From the NCBI GenBank assembly GCA_951406725.2, contig OX597841.1:10664001-10728000 (forward strand): a stretch of 64,000 nt of DNA, read 5' to 3'. Under the pieces are notes generated by a model that was not told the DNA's origin, made no database searches, and saw only the letters and a program-made list of their open reading frames with translations. This document shows, one piece after another, positions 26,013 through 38,949 of the stretch (position 1 is its first letter; every line of letters starts with the position of its first letter). The DNA comes from Octopus vulgaris. Its lineage: Eukaryota. Made by a program: the position numbers and the translations under genes.

Positions 26013-27224
26013 TTGGGTTGGCAACTAAGTTCCTGCCGTTTTTTTAAATTTAAATTTTTTAACAGGTTTAATTAAAAATAACAACTAATTGATCAATAAT
26101 GCATTCACCCTTGTTGTTTACTACTTCTTCCCAATGTTCAACAAGATTTTTCAATACCTCGTTGGTAGAAATCACCCGATTTCGGCTCAAAAAATTGATT
26201 CAAGCTCTCAATTCTGTAACATTATTGAACAAAACTCTACACATAGCATTTGAAAAGATAGAAAGAGGTGGAAATCCATTGGTGCCAAATTAGGAGAGTA
26301 TGGTGGGTGTAGCAGCACTTCTCAGCCATGCATTTGAACGCCTACCTTGGTCATTTTGGCGATATGAGGGTGGGTGTTGTCATGCAGCAGAAGAGCTTTA
26401 TGCTGCTGATTATGTCTTTTCTCTTGGATAGCCATGTTGAGTTGTTCCATCTGTTGAACATAGAGTTCAACATTGACTGTTTGGTTCCATTCAATCAATT
26501 CGTAATGGATAATTCCTTCCCAGTCCCACCATATACACAACATCATTTTACGCTGATGAAGATCTTGTTTTACACGCAGTGTCACTTGTTTACCGGGGTT
26601 AAGCCATACCTTACGCTGTTTCATATTGATGTTCAGGCACTATTTTTCATCGCCAGTAACGATTCAGTAAAGAAATCGTTGCTTGTGTCTTTGAGTTGAG
26701 CGGTGATGAGCAAGGAAACCAGTGGAGATTGTGGCTTGTTAATTTTTGTTGTTGTCACTTAGAACATGCAAAAACCCATGCTCCATACTTCTGAACCTTT
26801 CCCATCGAGTGAAGATGCTTCTCTATAGCAGTGTGAGAGCATTCCATTTTCTCTGCCAGTTCCCTTGTCATTTCACGAGAATTTTCGTGCAAAAGTTGGT
26901 TTAATCGATCTACATCAAACTCAACTGGACGGCCAGAACAAGGTATGTCTTAAAGGTCAAAATTTCCATTTTTGAACTTGGCATACGTATCATGAGTGGC
27001 TTTTTCAGCTATGGTACCCTCTCCATACACAGCACAAATATCACGAGTAGCTTTTGCGGCCTTGATTAAAAGCAAAAAGAAGCAGGTATTGAAAATGCTC
27101 GTTTCTCTTAACTTGACATTTCAGTTTCTAAGATTAACTAGAAACAAAAAAATAGATTCCAAAATTTAAAAATGCAATAAATTCCAAAATTTAAAAGACT
27201 GCAGGAACTTAGTTGTCAACTCAG
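26013..27224 (-). mobile_element. Near full-length degenerate mariner, mellifera-subfamily-like
   Basis: TA + TIR ttgggttggcaactaagttcctgc and its decayed complement at 27194-27224; MMLCIWWDWEGIIHYEL, LLHDNTHPH, HPPYSPNLAP. Confidence 0.88.
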
Positions 27225-28046
27225 TTGTTTTAATAAAGTGATTGTCATCAATATTTCCAAAAAAGAACTGAAAGCATTTTTTCACATTAATTGGAAGCAT
27301 ATGAATTAAATTATAGACCAAGAGCATAAAATATTTGTTGTTATTTCAAATTATAAAGAGATACATATGGTGTTAGTTTCCTTTTTGGCAATAAATTATT
27401 TATTTTTCAAAGATCTTCCTAAAACTTTTAGTAACATAGAGTTTTCATTTAAATTCTATATCATATTATATTTGTTAGCTTTAGAAAGAAGAGAAATGTT
27501 TGTATGCTGTTTAGACCTTCATGAAAGCCACTTTGTGACATAAAGGTAATGGTTTCTAGGAGACCTAGTTTTATATATCTTCAGATGTCTTGAGATCAAA
27601 GTTAAAGTAGGAGGTGATGAATCATCATAATCTTAGAAATATTGGCTGTGAAACCAATAGGCTGTTTCTGAGTAGCATTGTAGAGATTGTCTTTATTAGA
27701 GATGATGCACATAATTGCATATTTCTTCATTTTTGATTAAGTGATCTTTGAGCATAAATTTCAAACTTTGTAATGGATTAGTCACTTGGAAATAATAATC
27801 TCAAGGTGATATCTGAGACAATATCACATAGTGATAATCCCATTCTAACTTACATAAATCTCAAAATTTCTGAATTGATATCTTGTACAGATTATATCAA
27901 TTTGAATCCTTTGAAAAACCTTCCTCTTTATTTTACACAGTAGTGTCTTGTCTTTGGCCACATCTATAAAAATAATCATCAAACCAAGTTATCCACTTCT
28001 ATACATCACTTGACGTTGTTCACTTGACTTGTAGTTTTAAATTCAT

Positions 28047-28785
28047 TATCATCATCATCGTTTAACAACCGCTTTCCATGCTAGCATCGGTTAGACGATT
28101 TGACTGAGGTCTGGTGAACCAGATGGCTGCACCACACTCCAATCTGATCTGGCAGAGTTTCTACAGCTGGATGCCCTTCCTAACGCCAACCACTCCGAGA
28201 GTGTAGTGGGTGCTTTTTACGTGCCACCGGCATGAGGGCCAGTCAGGTGGTCCTGGCAGCTGCCTCGCTCAAATGGTGCTTTTTATGTGCCACATGCACG
28301 AGAGCCAGTTCAGTGGCTCTGGCAATGACCTTGCTCAAATGTTTTTCACGTGCCACCAGCACAAGTGCCAGTAAGGCGACGCAGGTAATGATCACACTCG
28401 AATGGTGCTTTTTACGTGCCATCGGCATGGAGGCTAGCTTGTTGCTCTGGCAACGATCATCCTCGTATGGTACTCTTAGCGCTCCACTGGCATGGATGCC
28501 AGTCATTGAATTTGATTTCAATATCATTTGCCTCAACAGGTCTTCGCAAGTGGAGAATAGTGTCCAGTGAAGGAAAGGTATGCATAAGTGGGCTGGTTAC
28601 ACCCCTGTCATAAATTACAAGGTTATGGTCTCACTTGAGCTTGCCGAGTCTTCTCAAGCACAGCATATTTCCAAAGGTCCCGGTCACTAGTTATTGCCTT
28701 GGTGAGGCCTAATGTTCGAAGGTCATGCTTCACTACCTCATCCCAGGTCTTTCTGGGTCTACCTATTCCACAGGTTCCTCAACCA
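28047..28785 (-). mobile_element. RTE LINE 3' fragment (ORF C-terminus, 3' UTR, tail)
   Basis: (CAT)n tail and match to the 51561-52450 segment. Confidence 0.8.
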
Positions 28786-29813
28786 CTTTTTGGGCAGTAA
28801 AGCAGCTCTGTAGGTGTTTCAGCCCTTTCTATCATGACACTAGAACTGTCCAGGGCCACCTACTGGTGTAAACAACAACATAAGCATGCAACAGCACAAG
28901 CTTTGGTGATCAGATGTTGCAACTCTGGATCAGTTATTTCTACCATCCTCATTGCTAATTCTTGCTTCATCACTCATGCTCTCTCCTCAGGAAGATATAA
29001 TAAGTTGCTTTCTTGACAACTTCCGGCAATTTTCTAGTAACATCTTTCGTGTCATTTGCACCTAGTCCAAAACTCCCTGAGCATCAAGTGAACCCTGATT
29101 CCAACAAATCCTCTGACACTTGTCTCTACAGGAAGGTATATTACCTCTCTTCCATTGTTTTCACAAAGTTTAAACAACATATATTTTCTTTCCTGAGGAG
29201 AGCATTTTCAATGTCTCCTTCCTAGGAAACTGTCCGCTCTACCATCTTTACCATCTTTTTTTCTTGGCACCATTTGACAAGGTCAAGTCTCTTGATGGTA
29301 AAAAGTGACAAGTGATATTTACCAAGTGATATTTACCATCAGAATCAACGGAAAGATCCTAACTCCCCATTTCAATCATTCTTCTTCCTTACAGTGGCTG
29401 GCTTGCAACCTTTATCTTCCCATGCCCCACTACTTGTGGCCTTTTGTCATTGCTAATTCACATTACCCTCTCCACCACTGCATCAGTCAGTACTCTAAGT
29501 GCTTGGTTATACTGCCATGTGCATCACAGTCTGAGTTCAAATTCTACCAAAGCCTGCTTTGCCTTTCATTCTTTTGGAATTGATAAAATAAGTTCCTGTG
29601 AAGCACTGGGCTCAATATAATTGACTAGCCCCTTCCCCAAAATTCCAGGCCTTTTTGCCTATAGTAGAAAGGATTATTTCATCTTATTTTTTCCAAAAAC
29701 TTATGATAATCTTCAATTGATAATTTAGAATATTTATTGTTATTTTCAGAAAATATTTAATTTCTAGTACATGTGTATTTTCTCTTTTAATATTTTATTA
29801 TTTTTTCCACCAG

Positions 29814-30122
29814 TGAAAGCCATGTTCAGTTCAGGATCAAATGGTCCAAAAAAGAGAAATGTTTCAAATGGAGAAACTGTAATTTTCAAACAGTGTTTTT
29901 ATTCGCATCCAAAATCTGATGTAAAATGGCAGAAAAATGAGGAATCAATTGACTCAAACAAATATTTAATAACTGATTATTTACAAGATGAGTTTCCTTT
30001 CAAAGGAAGCTGTACTAGTTTAAAGATAGAAGACATCAAAGATGATGCTATTGGTACTTATACCTTAACAGTGGAAAACTCCATAGGAAAAGAAACTGTT
30101 GTTTTTACTTTGAGATATAAGA
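29814..30122 (+). CDS. Ig-superfamily membrane protein, exon C (membrane-proximal I-set-like Ig domain)
   Basis: ttttttccaccag acceptor, gtaagt donor, 309 nt, phase 1-1; GETVIFKQCFYSHPKSDVKW..SLKIEDIKDDAIGTYTLTVENSIG. Confidence 0.9.
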
Positions 30123-33100
30123 GTAAGTTGTTACATGCTTCTTTAATCATTTAAAATGTTATTTTATGTTATACAGAATTGTTTATAATTTATTAATATA
30201 TTCATAAAGTACTTAAAGTTCTACTTTCAGTTTAAGTGTTATAGTCAGCTCTGGGTTTTAATGTCAGGGGCTCTAGTTTAGCTTTGTTTCTTGCTCAGTA
30301 TTACACTTGTAAGTACAAATAATTTTCCTTTCAGAAATCATCATTATCATCATCATCATTTAACATCTGCTTTCCATGTTGGCATGGGTTGGACATTTTG
30401 ACTAGAGGTCACTAAGCGGAAGACTGCACCATGCTATGCTTTCTGTTTTGACATGATTTTTATGACTAGGTGCCCTTCCTAACATCAACCACTCCACTGA
30501 ATGGACTGAATGCTTATGTGACACCAGCACAACTGAGATCAGTTTTAGCATGTTTTTTTTTTTACAGTTGGATGCTCTTCCAAATGCCAACCACTTTACA
30601 GTGTGGAATGGATGCTTTTTATGTGGCACCAACACTAACAGAGTCACCAAATAACTTGTAAGATAAAAATCCTTTGAGAGAGGATGTGGCATTGGAGGTG
30701 ATCTTGTGCCAGATGATGAAAGGTTAGTGTATGACAGAGAAACAAATAGATGTGTTGCTGTAGAGGTGATACATGGTTACCCAGTCAGAAGGAGAGAGAA
30801 GGAGTGATCAAGATTGAGGCCAATAGTGGGTGTGTTGCTGTAGAACCGATACATAGTTAACCAGTCTAAGGAATAGAGAAAGGGAGTGAAAGAGAGCAAA
30901 AGAAAGAGGGAGAGTGCAAGAGAGCAGGAGAAAGAGAAAGAGAGTGCAAGAGAGCAGGAGAGAGATAGTGGTAAAGCACCAGAGCATGCTCATAAGGAAT
31001 GGGGATCAGAATATAAATGGGATGGTAGAGGAGAGCCACAAGGAGATCAGTGGTAGCAAATTGGAAGAGTATGCTCTAAAGACATGGGGTCAGAATATAA
31101 AAGGGAGGGAGTTGCCAAGGTACATGTATAGAGAGTGAATGCAAGGTGTGTGGGGGTGGGGTATGCAGTGACTGGTAAAACCTGGGCATATAGAGTGGGT
31201 AGGGGACAACAGGATAGTAATGATACTGTGAGCAGTGCAGTGTGGACAGAACTGGGGAGCAAGAGATAAGCATAGTGCATTAAAAGAGGAAATGTGAGTA
31301 AGAGGAGAGATGTAGTTTGGTTTGTTGGAGTAGGGTGTGAAGATGGCAAAACTTATATTGGGAAACTACTCCCTCAGTTTTAGTGAAGTTTTCAGGTTGA
31401 TTAACTAACCTATTTTTAGTGTGTTTATTTAAATATTTTCTATGTAGTTTAAGTGGAGTTGTTTTAAATGTAGTAAGGCATTTTTGCTGAAATAGGGAAA
31501 CAGTGAACGAATGCATATAAATACTGAAATATTACCTCTTTTTGGCCTTTCTACTGGTCCAAATTGGTTAAATCTCTTAAGTTATTTTGATTTATATGAT
31601 TCCCTATACAATGTTCATGGAGATTTAATAAATCTGTCAGTTGGACACTTAGCACTAGGAAGGAGATCCAGTTGTATAAACCATGCGAAAACAGACACTA
31701 AAGCTTGATGTGGCTCCCAGACTTACCAGCTCCTGTCAAACAGTTCACCATGCCAGTATAGATAACAGATGTGAAATGACAGCAGCAATGTTCTTTTTTT
31801 TTTTTTTGTCATAGAACAGAATATTTGGAATTAATGCAGTTATTGCAAGTTAAATGATGTCAAGTCATTACAAAGCAGCACTAAGTAGAAAAAGTTAGAA
31901 AAATTCAGAACCTGTCTGAGACAGGATAACATTGGTCACACCAAGTTAGAAACAGTTCCATGCATGTAGATTGCTTGAAGATGATGGTTCATCTGTGGTT
32001 TTCATTAATCAAAGACCAATGGCATAAGGAAGAGTTGGGGGAACTGTTCAGTATGAAAAGTAAATTGAAAGGTGTATAAGAATTTCTGAGGTACATTTTT
32101 ACTGAGAAAATTAATGAATCTTTCAAATTCATAGATATGCTATGTATATTACATTACTATTTAAATTTTTTCATATGGATCTTTATAGATTTTCTCATTG
32201 AGTAATTTCAAATTTAAAATCAGGTGATGAGCTCCTCACTCCTAGTGTAGACCATATTTATAAAGTATTCTGGGATAGTTACAAACAATTTATATCACTA
32301 TATGAAATGGCAGGAATTCAATTTATTATCCAATTTAACAAACTGCAAATGCTATATTGGCCTTAGTCTCCTTATTCTTTTCCTAATTTATAGCTTTTGA
32401 CAGATTCTGCAATAAGAACTTTTCTTATGAAAAATAGTTCTGAAATCATATGTTAAAATTCAAGAATTATAATGCTTAGATGAGGCTGATTAGGGGACCT
32501 TAGCCAGCAGTTACAAGTACACACAATTTCGGCATGCACTTCCACTTTCCCCAGAAAAGATTGCCACATCATTGCGTGGGTTTGAAATCATTAGTGTAAC
32601 CCGACGGACATATTGTTTTTACTGTGCTGTCACTGTGTAAAATGCTGAAATATTCAACACTACATTACATAACTACAGTTATGTCTGTGCAGTCACAGAG
32701 AAGAATGATTAGAAACATTTCTAAAGCATTAACAGAATGAACACATCCTTATTAGAAGGATATAAATTGCCCTCATCATCATTTTGATGTCTGTCTTTGA
32801 TGTTGGCATGGGTTGGATGGTTTCATAAAAGCTGGCAAGCCAGAGAGCTGCACCAGGCCCAATTGTTTGATTTGCCATGGTTTCTATGGCTGATTGCTCT
32901 TCCTAATGCCTGCCACCTTACAGAGTGTACTGGGTGCTTTTAATGCAACACCAGCACTGATGACTTTTTTTATATGGCACCAACTGGCACTCCATTGGTA
33001 ATGGTGATGAGTGTTCCAGTTGATTGGGTCATTGGAACAGCCTGCTCATGAAATTACCATACAAGTGACTAAGCACTCCACAGAGAGATTCAGTGTGACA

Positions 33101-33469
33101 ATGAATGTGGCAAGGCTGGCCCTTTGAATTACAGGTACAATTAATTTTTGTCAACCCAGTGATTGGAGCAACATGATATTGAAGCATCTTGCTCAAGGAT
33201 GCAATGTACTGTTGGGAGTCAAACTAACAGTTTTATTATCATGAGCCAAATACACTAACCACTAAGCCATGCACCTTCACATGTGGCACCAGCACCAGTG
33301 GGGTTGCCAAGTAACTTGTGAGACCTCTCAGTTGGGAGAGGAAGTGGAACTGAGGGAAGTAGCTTAGTGCCAAGTGAGAGATTAGAATATGATAGGGGAA
33401 TAGAGATAAATATCTTACTATGGAAGAGATACTTGGCTACTCCAGCAGGAAAAGAAGAGACATTCAAAG

Positions 33470-33510
<41 letters not shown>

Positions 33511-33894
33511 GATGGTGTTGAAGTTGCATCGGAATCTGGTGGGGAGTAGTAGTAGTCCGAAGAGAATAGAAAGTGGATGTTCTACAAAAGTGTGAGGGGA
33601 AATGTTTAGAGATGAGGATGAGGTGACTTTAGGAGGTAATGGTGAGAGAAATTTAAACTGGAATGGTTGGGAGGAGTGTGATTGATATGTGAGGGCATGT
33701 AGTGTGTGCAGTTAGGTATTTGAGATAGAGTGGATGTGACTACAGCAAATGGGGATTATGGTTGTTGGAATGAAGGGGAGGTATTTGGAAGATGGGTAGT
33801 GGGGGAATTTTGACAAAGGACAGATTACATTGGTGAGTGTGAGAGGAAGGCACGGCCATAAAGGACATGCCTGTATGTATGGACGGCCACAATT

Positions 33895-35448
33895 TTACTT
33901 AGTTTGACATATCTTCTCAAGCACAACAAATCACCAGAAGTCTCGGTCCTTTGTCATCTCCTGTGTGAGGCTCAACATCTGAAGATCATTTCTCACCACT
34001 TTGTCTCGTATCTTCCTCAGTTTACCTCATTTAAAAGTTTACAGATCAGCACTTCTTTATGCAGCTGTCCTCAGCCATATGCATCACACGACTGTACCAG
34101 TACAGTCTTCTCTCTTGCACACTGCATCTGTTGCCACTTATACCCAATTTTTTTCTCAAAATGCTTACACTCTATTGTACATGCACACTGACATTGCACA
34201 TCCACTGGAATAGGCTGGCTTCATTTCTTTCAAGCCTTCACTCACCCTCTGCAGTCACAGCCCATGTTTCACTGTCACTATCCATACATAGGCATCATCC
34301 ATTCTACCTTTCACTCTGAGAGAGAGGCCTTTTGTTACCTGCAACATTGCCCAGCACATTCTTATTCTAGCAACTACATTTTCAGAGCATTCTCCTCCAC
34401 TGTTAACTTGGTCATCAAGGTAATGGAAGCTATCTACACTTGTAAAGAACTGCCCACCTACTTCATACATTCTTAGTTTTTATTGTACCTGCTTACCTGT
34501 GACACACAAAGACTAGTTTTTCTGTTAAACTTCCTATGATACTGCAGTATTTCTTGTGTGCTACACTGAGTATAATTTATGGAATTTCTACCTCTACCTT
34601 TTCTGCATATCAAGAACAGCTGTCTCCCTGAAGAGATTAATAACTTGTCTGCTTTCCTACTTACTAGGACTTTGGTCTTTGCTTAAATAATTCTAAGGCC
34701 CTTTGATTCCAGACCTTGTCTCCACACCTGAAATTTCTTTTACAATTCTAGTAGAGATTCAGCTATAAGAACAAGCTCATCAGCATAGATGAGCTCCCAA
34801 AGGCAATCAGTCTTAAATTCTTCTGTTATGGCCTGGAGGACTATGATAAAGAAGAGGAAGCTAAGAACTGATCCTTGGTGAAGGAGGAGCACTCCGTCGG
34901 TTACGACGATGAGGGTCCCAGCTGATACGATCAACGGAACAGCTTGCTCGTGGAATTAACGTGCAAGTGGCTGAGCATTCCACAGACACGCATACACTTA
35001 ACGTAGTTCTCGAGGAGATTCAGCGTAACACAGAGTGTGACAAGGCTGGCCCTTTGAAATACAGGTACAACAGAAACAGGAAGAAAGAGTGAGAGAAAGT
35101 TGTGGTGAAAGAGTACAGCAGGGTTCACCACCACCCCCTGCAGGAGCCTTGTGAAGCTTTAGGTGTTTTCGCTCAATAAACACTCACAATGCCCGGTCTG
35201 GGAATCGAAACCGCGATCCTATGACCGCAAGTCCGCTGCCCTAACCACTGGGCCATTGCGCCTCCACCCTTGATGAATACCTAACTGTACACAAAATCCA
35301 TTACTCTTCTCATTGCCAACTTTCACCTTACTGACAGCGTCCCTGTACATGGCTTGTATGGCTCTCACCAAGCACTCATCTATCACTAGCTTCTACATTG
35401 GCTACCAGATTAAGGAGCAGGGGATCTTGTCAAAGGCTTTCTCCATTT
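33895..35448 (-). mobile_element. Old RTE LINE RT fragment, interrupted by a SINE
   Basis: MEKAFDKIPCSLIW, HQGSVLS..WELIYADEL, KGLSLRVKGR. Confidence 0.85.
34883..35267 (-). mobile_element. Young full-length tRNA-derived SINE with 10-bp TSD
   Basis: Head ggaggcgcaatggcccagtggttagg..ggtttcgattccc (A and B boxes), CpG retained; TSD ccttggtgaa (34873-34882) / ccttgatgaa (35268-35277). Confidence 0.88.
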
Positions 35449-35734
35449 CTAGTGACTCTATAACAACTTTGGTTGCAATTGAATACAAAAAATTCAAAAA
35501 TTTGCATCTTTGTTTAAGAGGCATATTGCTTGGTGTATTTGTGGGGATTTGAATGATGCATGGAAACATGATATGAGCACTGGTAGGCATTAGATTAATA
35601 CCATTTGTTGGATGTGCAACATGAGCTGAGAAATCTATTGCTTTTAGGGGATTATAATGGAAAGACATTTTTGTTGAATTAAATATGTGGTGGAAAGGAA
35701 AACAGAAGTGTAATAAAATGAAACACTATAAAAA

Positions 35735-38007
35735 TTGATAGTACCCTGGTAGATAAAGCAATTAAGGATATGAAAACAGGAGAAGCACCTGTCCCATAAG
35801 TAATCACTGCTGAGATGCTTAAAATATCAGGTGGTGTGGATTATGGTCTTGTCATCCACATCGTAAATCAGGTAGTTTCAGATTATTGGATCAGGTGATG
35901 AAAGTTACGGGGAGGGTCACAGCCCAACTAATTATGGAGAGAGTTAGCCTAGATAAGATGCAGTTTGGTTTTGTGCCAAGCAGAAGCACCACTGATGCTA
36001 TATCTCTGGTAAGGCAACTGCAGGAGAAATATCTGGCCAAATATAAACCTCTGTACTTGGCTTTTGTTGACTTGGAGAAAGCTTATAACAGGGTCCCCTG
36101 ATACCTTATCTGATGGTCAATGGGAAAACTGAGGATGGACAAGTGGTTGATAAGAGCTGTACAGGGATGCAGTCAGTAAGATGAGAGTTGGCAACGAGTA
36201 TAGTGGATAATTCCAGGTAGAAGTACAGGTTCACCAGGGATCAGTCCTCAGTCCCCTCTTATTCATTATAGTCCACCAGGCAATAACAGAGGAATTCAAG
36301 ACAGGCTCCTCTATGCTGATGACCATGCTCTAATAGCCGAGTCACTGCTAGAACTAGAGACAGAGTTTAGGGTGTGGAAGCAAGGTCTAGAATTGAAGAG
36401 CCTTAGGGTTAACCTAGCAAAAACCAAAGTTTTTGTAAGTAAGGAGGATGAAAAATCACAAACCACTTCGGGTAGATGGCCCTGCTCAATCTTTAGAAAA
36501 TGCATAGGTAGAAACTCCATATGATGTACCCGATGTAATCAATGGACACATAAAAGGTGCAGCAATATCAAAGGAAGGTTAACTGGGAAGATAGTTTTTG
36601 TGCATTAAACACTGAAGATTAAACACAGGAGCATTAAACACTGAATATGTACAGAAAACATATTCCATCACATGTAAGGAGGGAATACTAGAAGTAGTTG
36701 ATATCTTCCACTAACTAGGCAACCAAATCTGTAGTGGGGTGGTTGCTCTGACATTGTCATGGCTAGAATAAGAATAGCCTGGGAAAAGTTCAGAGAGCTC
36801 CTATTTTTGCTGGCAACTAAGGGCCTCTCACTCAGGGTGAAAGGTAGACTGTATGATGCATGTGTGCGAACTGCCATGCTACACAGCAGTGAAACATGGG
36901 CTATGAATGTAGAGGACATGCGTAGGCTTGAAAGAAATTAAGCTAGTATGGTCCACTGGATGTGTAATGCCAGTGTGCATATATGACAGAATGTAAGCAC
37001 CCTGAGAGAAAAGTTGGACATAAGAAACATCAGATGTGGTGTGCAAGAGAGACGACACCGCTGATATGGTCATGTGTTACATAAGGATGAGCACAGTTGT
37101 GTGAGGAAGTGCCACACCCTAACTGTGGAAGGAACCTGTGGTAGAGGTAGACTCGGGAAGACATATGATGAGGTGGTGAAGCATGACCTTTGAACACTGG
37201 GCCTCATAGTGGCAATGACAGGAGACTAAGACCTTTGGAGATATGCTGTGATTGAGAAAACCTGGCAACTGAAGTGAGATCACTGCCATGGCCGATGCCA
37301 GTGTTGCATGTCCAGTCCATTTAAGAGTACCCTTGATGCGTTGGGTGATATGCTATGCTTGAGAAGTCCTGTTGAGTCAAGTAAAACTAAAATTGTAGCT
37401 GTGCCCAGTGCCTCCTGACTGGCTCCTGTTCCCGTGGCACATAAAATGCACCATCTGAACATGGTCTATGCCAGTGTCCTCTCACTGACTCTCATGCTGG
37501 TAGCATGTAAAAAACACCATCTGAACGTGGTCAATGCCAGGTCTGCCTAATTGGCTCCCATGCTGGTGGAGCATAAAAAACATCATCCAAACGAGGTTGA
37601 TGCTAGTACCCTCTGACTGGCTCCCGTATCAGTGGCACATAAAAAGCACTATCTGAACGTGATTGATTCCAGGATCGCATGACTGGCTCCTATGCTGGTG
37701 GCATGTAAAAACACCATCCAAATGTGGCCGATGCCAGAAACCCCTGACTGGCTCCTGTGCTGGTGGCACGTAAAAAGTACTATCTGAACATGATCAATGC
37801 CAGGCCCACCTAACTGGCACCTGTGCTGATGGCCCCCACTACACTCTCAGAGAGGTTAGCATTAGGAAGGGCATCCTGCTGTAGAAACAATGGCAGATCA
37901 GATTGGAGCCTGGTGCAGCTACTGACTCTCCAGACCTCACTCAAACCATCCCACCCATGCCAGAATGTAAAATGGATGTTAAACGATAATGATGATAATG
38001 ATGATGA
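35735..38007 (+). mobile_element. Old RTE LINE, 5'-truncated, with tandem-repeat 3' UTR and (GAT)n tail
   Basis: MQFGFVPSRSTTDAI..AFVDLEKAYNRVP, LYADD, ARIRIAWEKFRELL; many stops; about 60-bp UTR repeats at 37410-37820. Confidence 0.88.
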
Positions 38008-38117
38008 GTTGTGTACCCCAATAAAATGAGACACATGAGTAATGAGAAATTCTTCATTATACTTACTATATATATATTGATGTAATAATTCATGGTCTTT
38101 TTAATAGATCTTTTCAG

Positions 38118-38222
38118 AAAAGCAAGAAATCCCTATGGAAATAATTATTGGTTGCACTGTCGGAATTGTATTATTATTAATAATAATGGGTCTTCTTACT
38201 TATATATTCTACAAAAGAAGAG
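38118..38222 (+). CDS. Ig-superfamily membrane protein, transmembrane exon
   Basis: ttttcag acceptor gives phase 1 in frame with exon C; KQEIPMEIIIGCTVGIVLLLIIMGLLTYIFYKRR (hydrophobic helix plus basic stop-transfer); AG|gtttgt donor; 105 nt. Confidence 0.85.
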
Positions 38223-38949
38223 GTTTGTATGTTTTTCATATTATAAAGCTTTATTTATCACAACAATGTGTGTATGTGTGTGTGTGTGTGTGTGTGTACG
38301 TGCACGTGTATACATGTGTGTATATATATATATATTTAGAGGGAAAGTAAGAAGAAAAATAAGCAAAAATGCACATTGGAAATCAAAAAAAATAATGGCT
38401 TTTTATGGAAAGTAACGATAGATTTATACAATCAGATGAACTGAGGTAGGAATAAAAGTAATAAAAGCCATTATTGTGAATTGTTAAAGAGATGCAAAAG
38501 CATACTGGTTTTGTGAATTTACTAATCATTGCTTTGAATGCACATCAATTAATGAACGGTGTCAGGTCTATTAGTCACTGAGTAAGACGATTATGTGTAT
38601 GGGAGGTAAGTAGTTCTAGATTTGGTGCAATTAGGGTAGATACAGAAATGAAATGTAAATGGTGTATGGGATGTATGGGGGTTAGTGGTATTAATTGAAA
38701 GGTTAGTAGTGTTCTGTATTATGTTAGGTGTTCATATTGAGGTGTGGAAGATATTTATTGGTGAAAGTTGCCTCTTCATGCATTCTTTGTTGTACTGAGG
38801 TGTTCTGTGAACATTGAGGGAAGGGGAAAATTAGAAAATTGGGATTAAGATTCCTAGCACACCTTTCTATATGTTCACCAACCTGTATCTGTGTGTATTG
38901 TGGGTGGCGGATTATGAATAAGGAGAATTTTACTCCATATATGGTATGT

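Noticed and set aside
35195-35267. tRNA gene on the minus strand
   Set aside because: tRNA-like head continues into a SINE body with TSDs; acceptor stem incomplete
38108-38117. Upstream AG at 38106-38107 as the TM-exon acceptor
   Set aside because: Gives phase 0, incompatible with the phase-1 end of exon C; the AG at 38116-38117 fits
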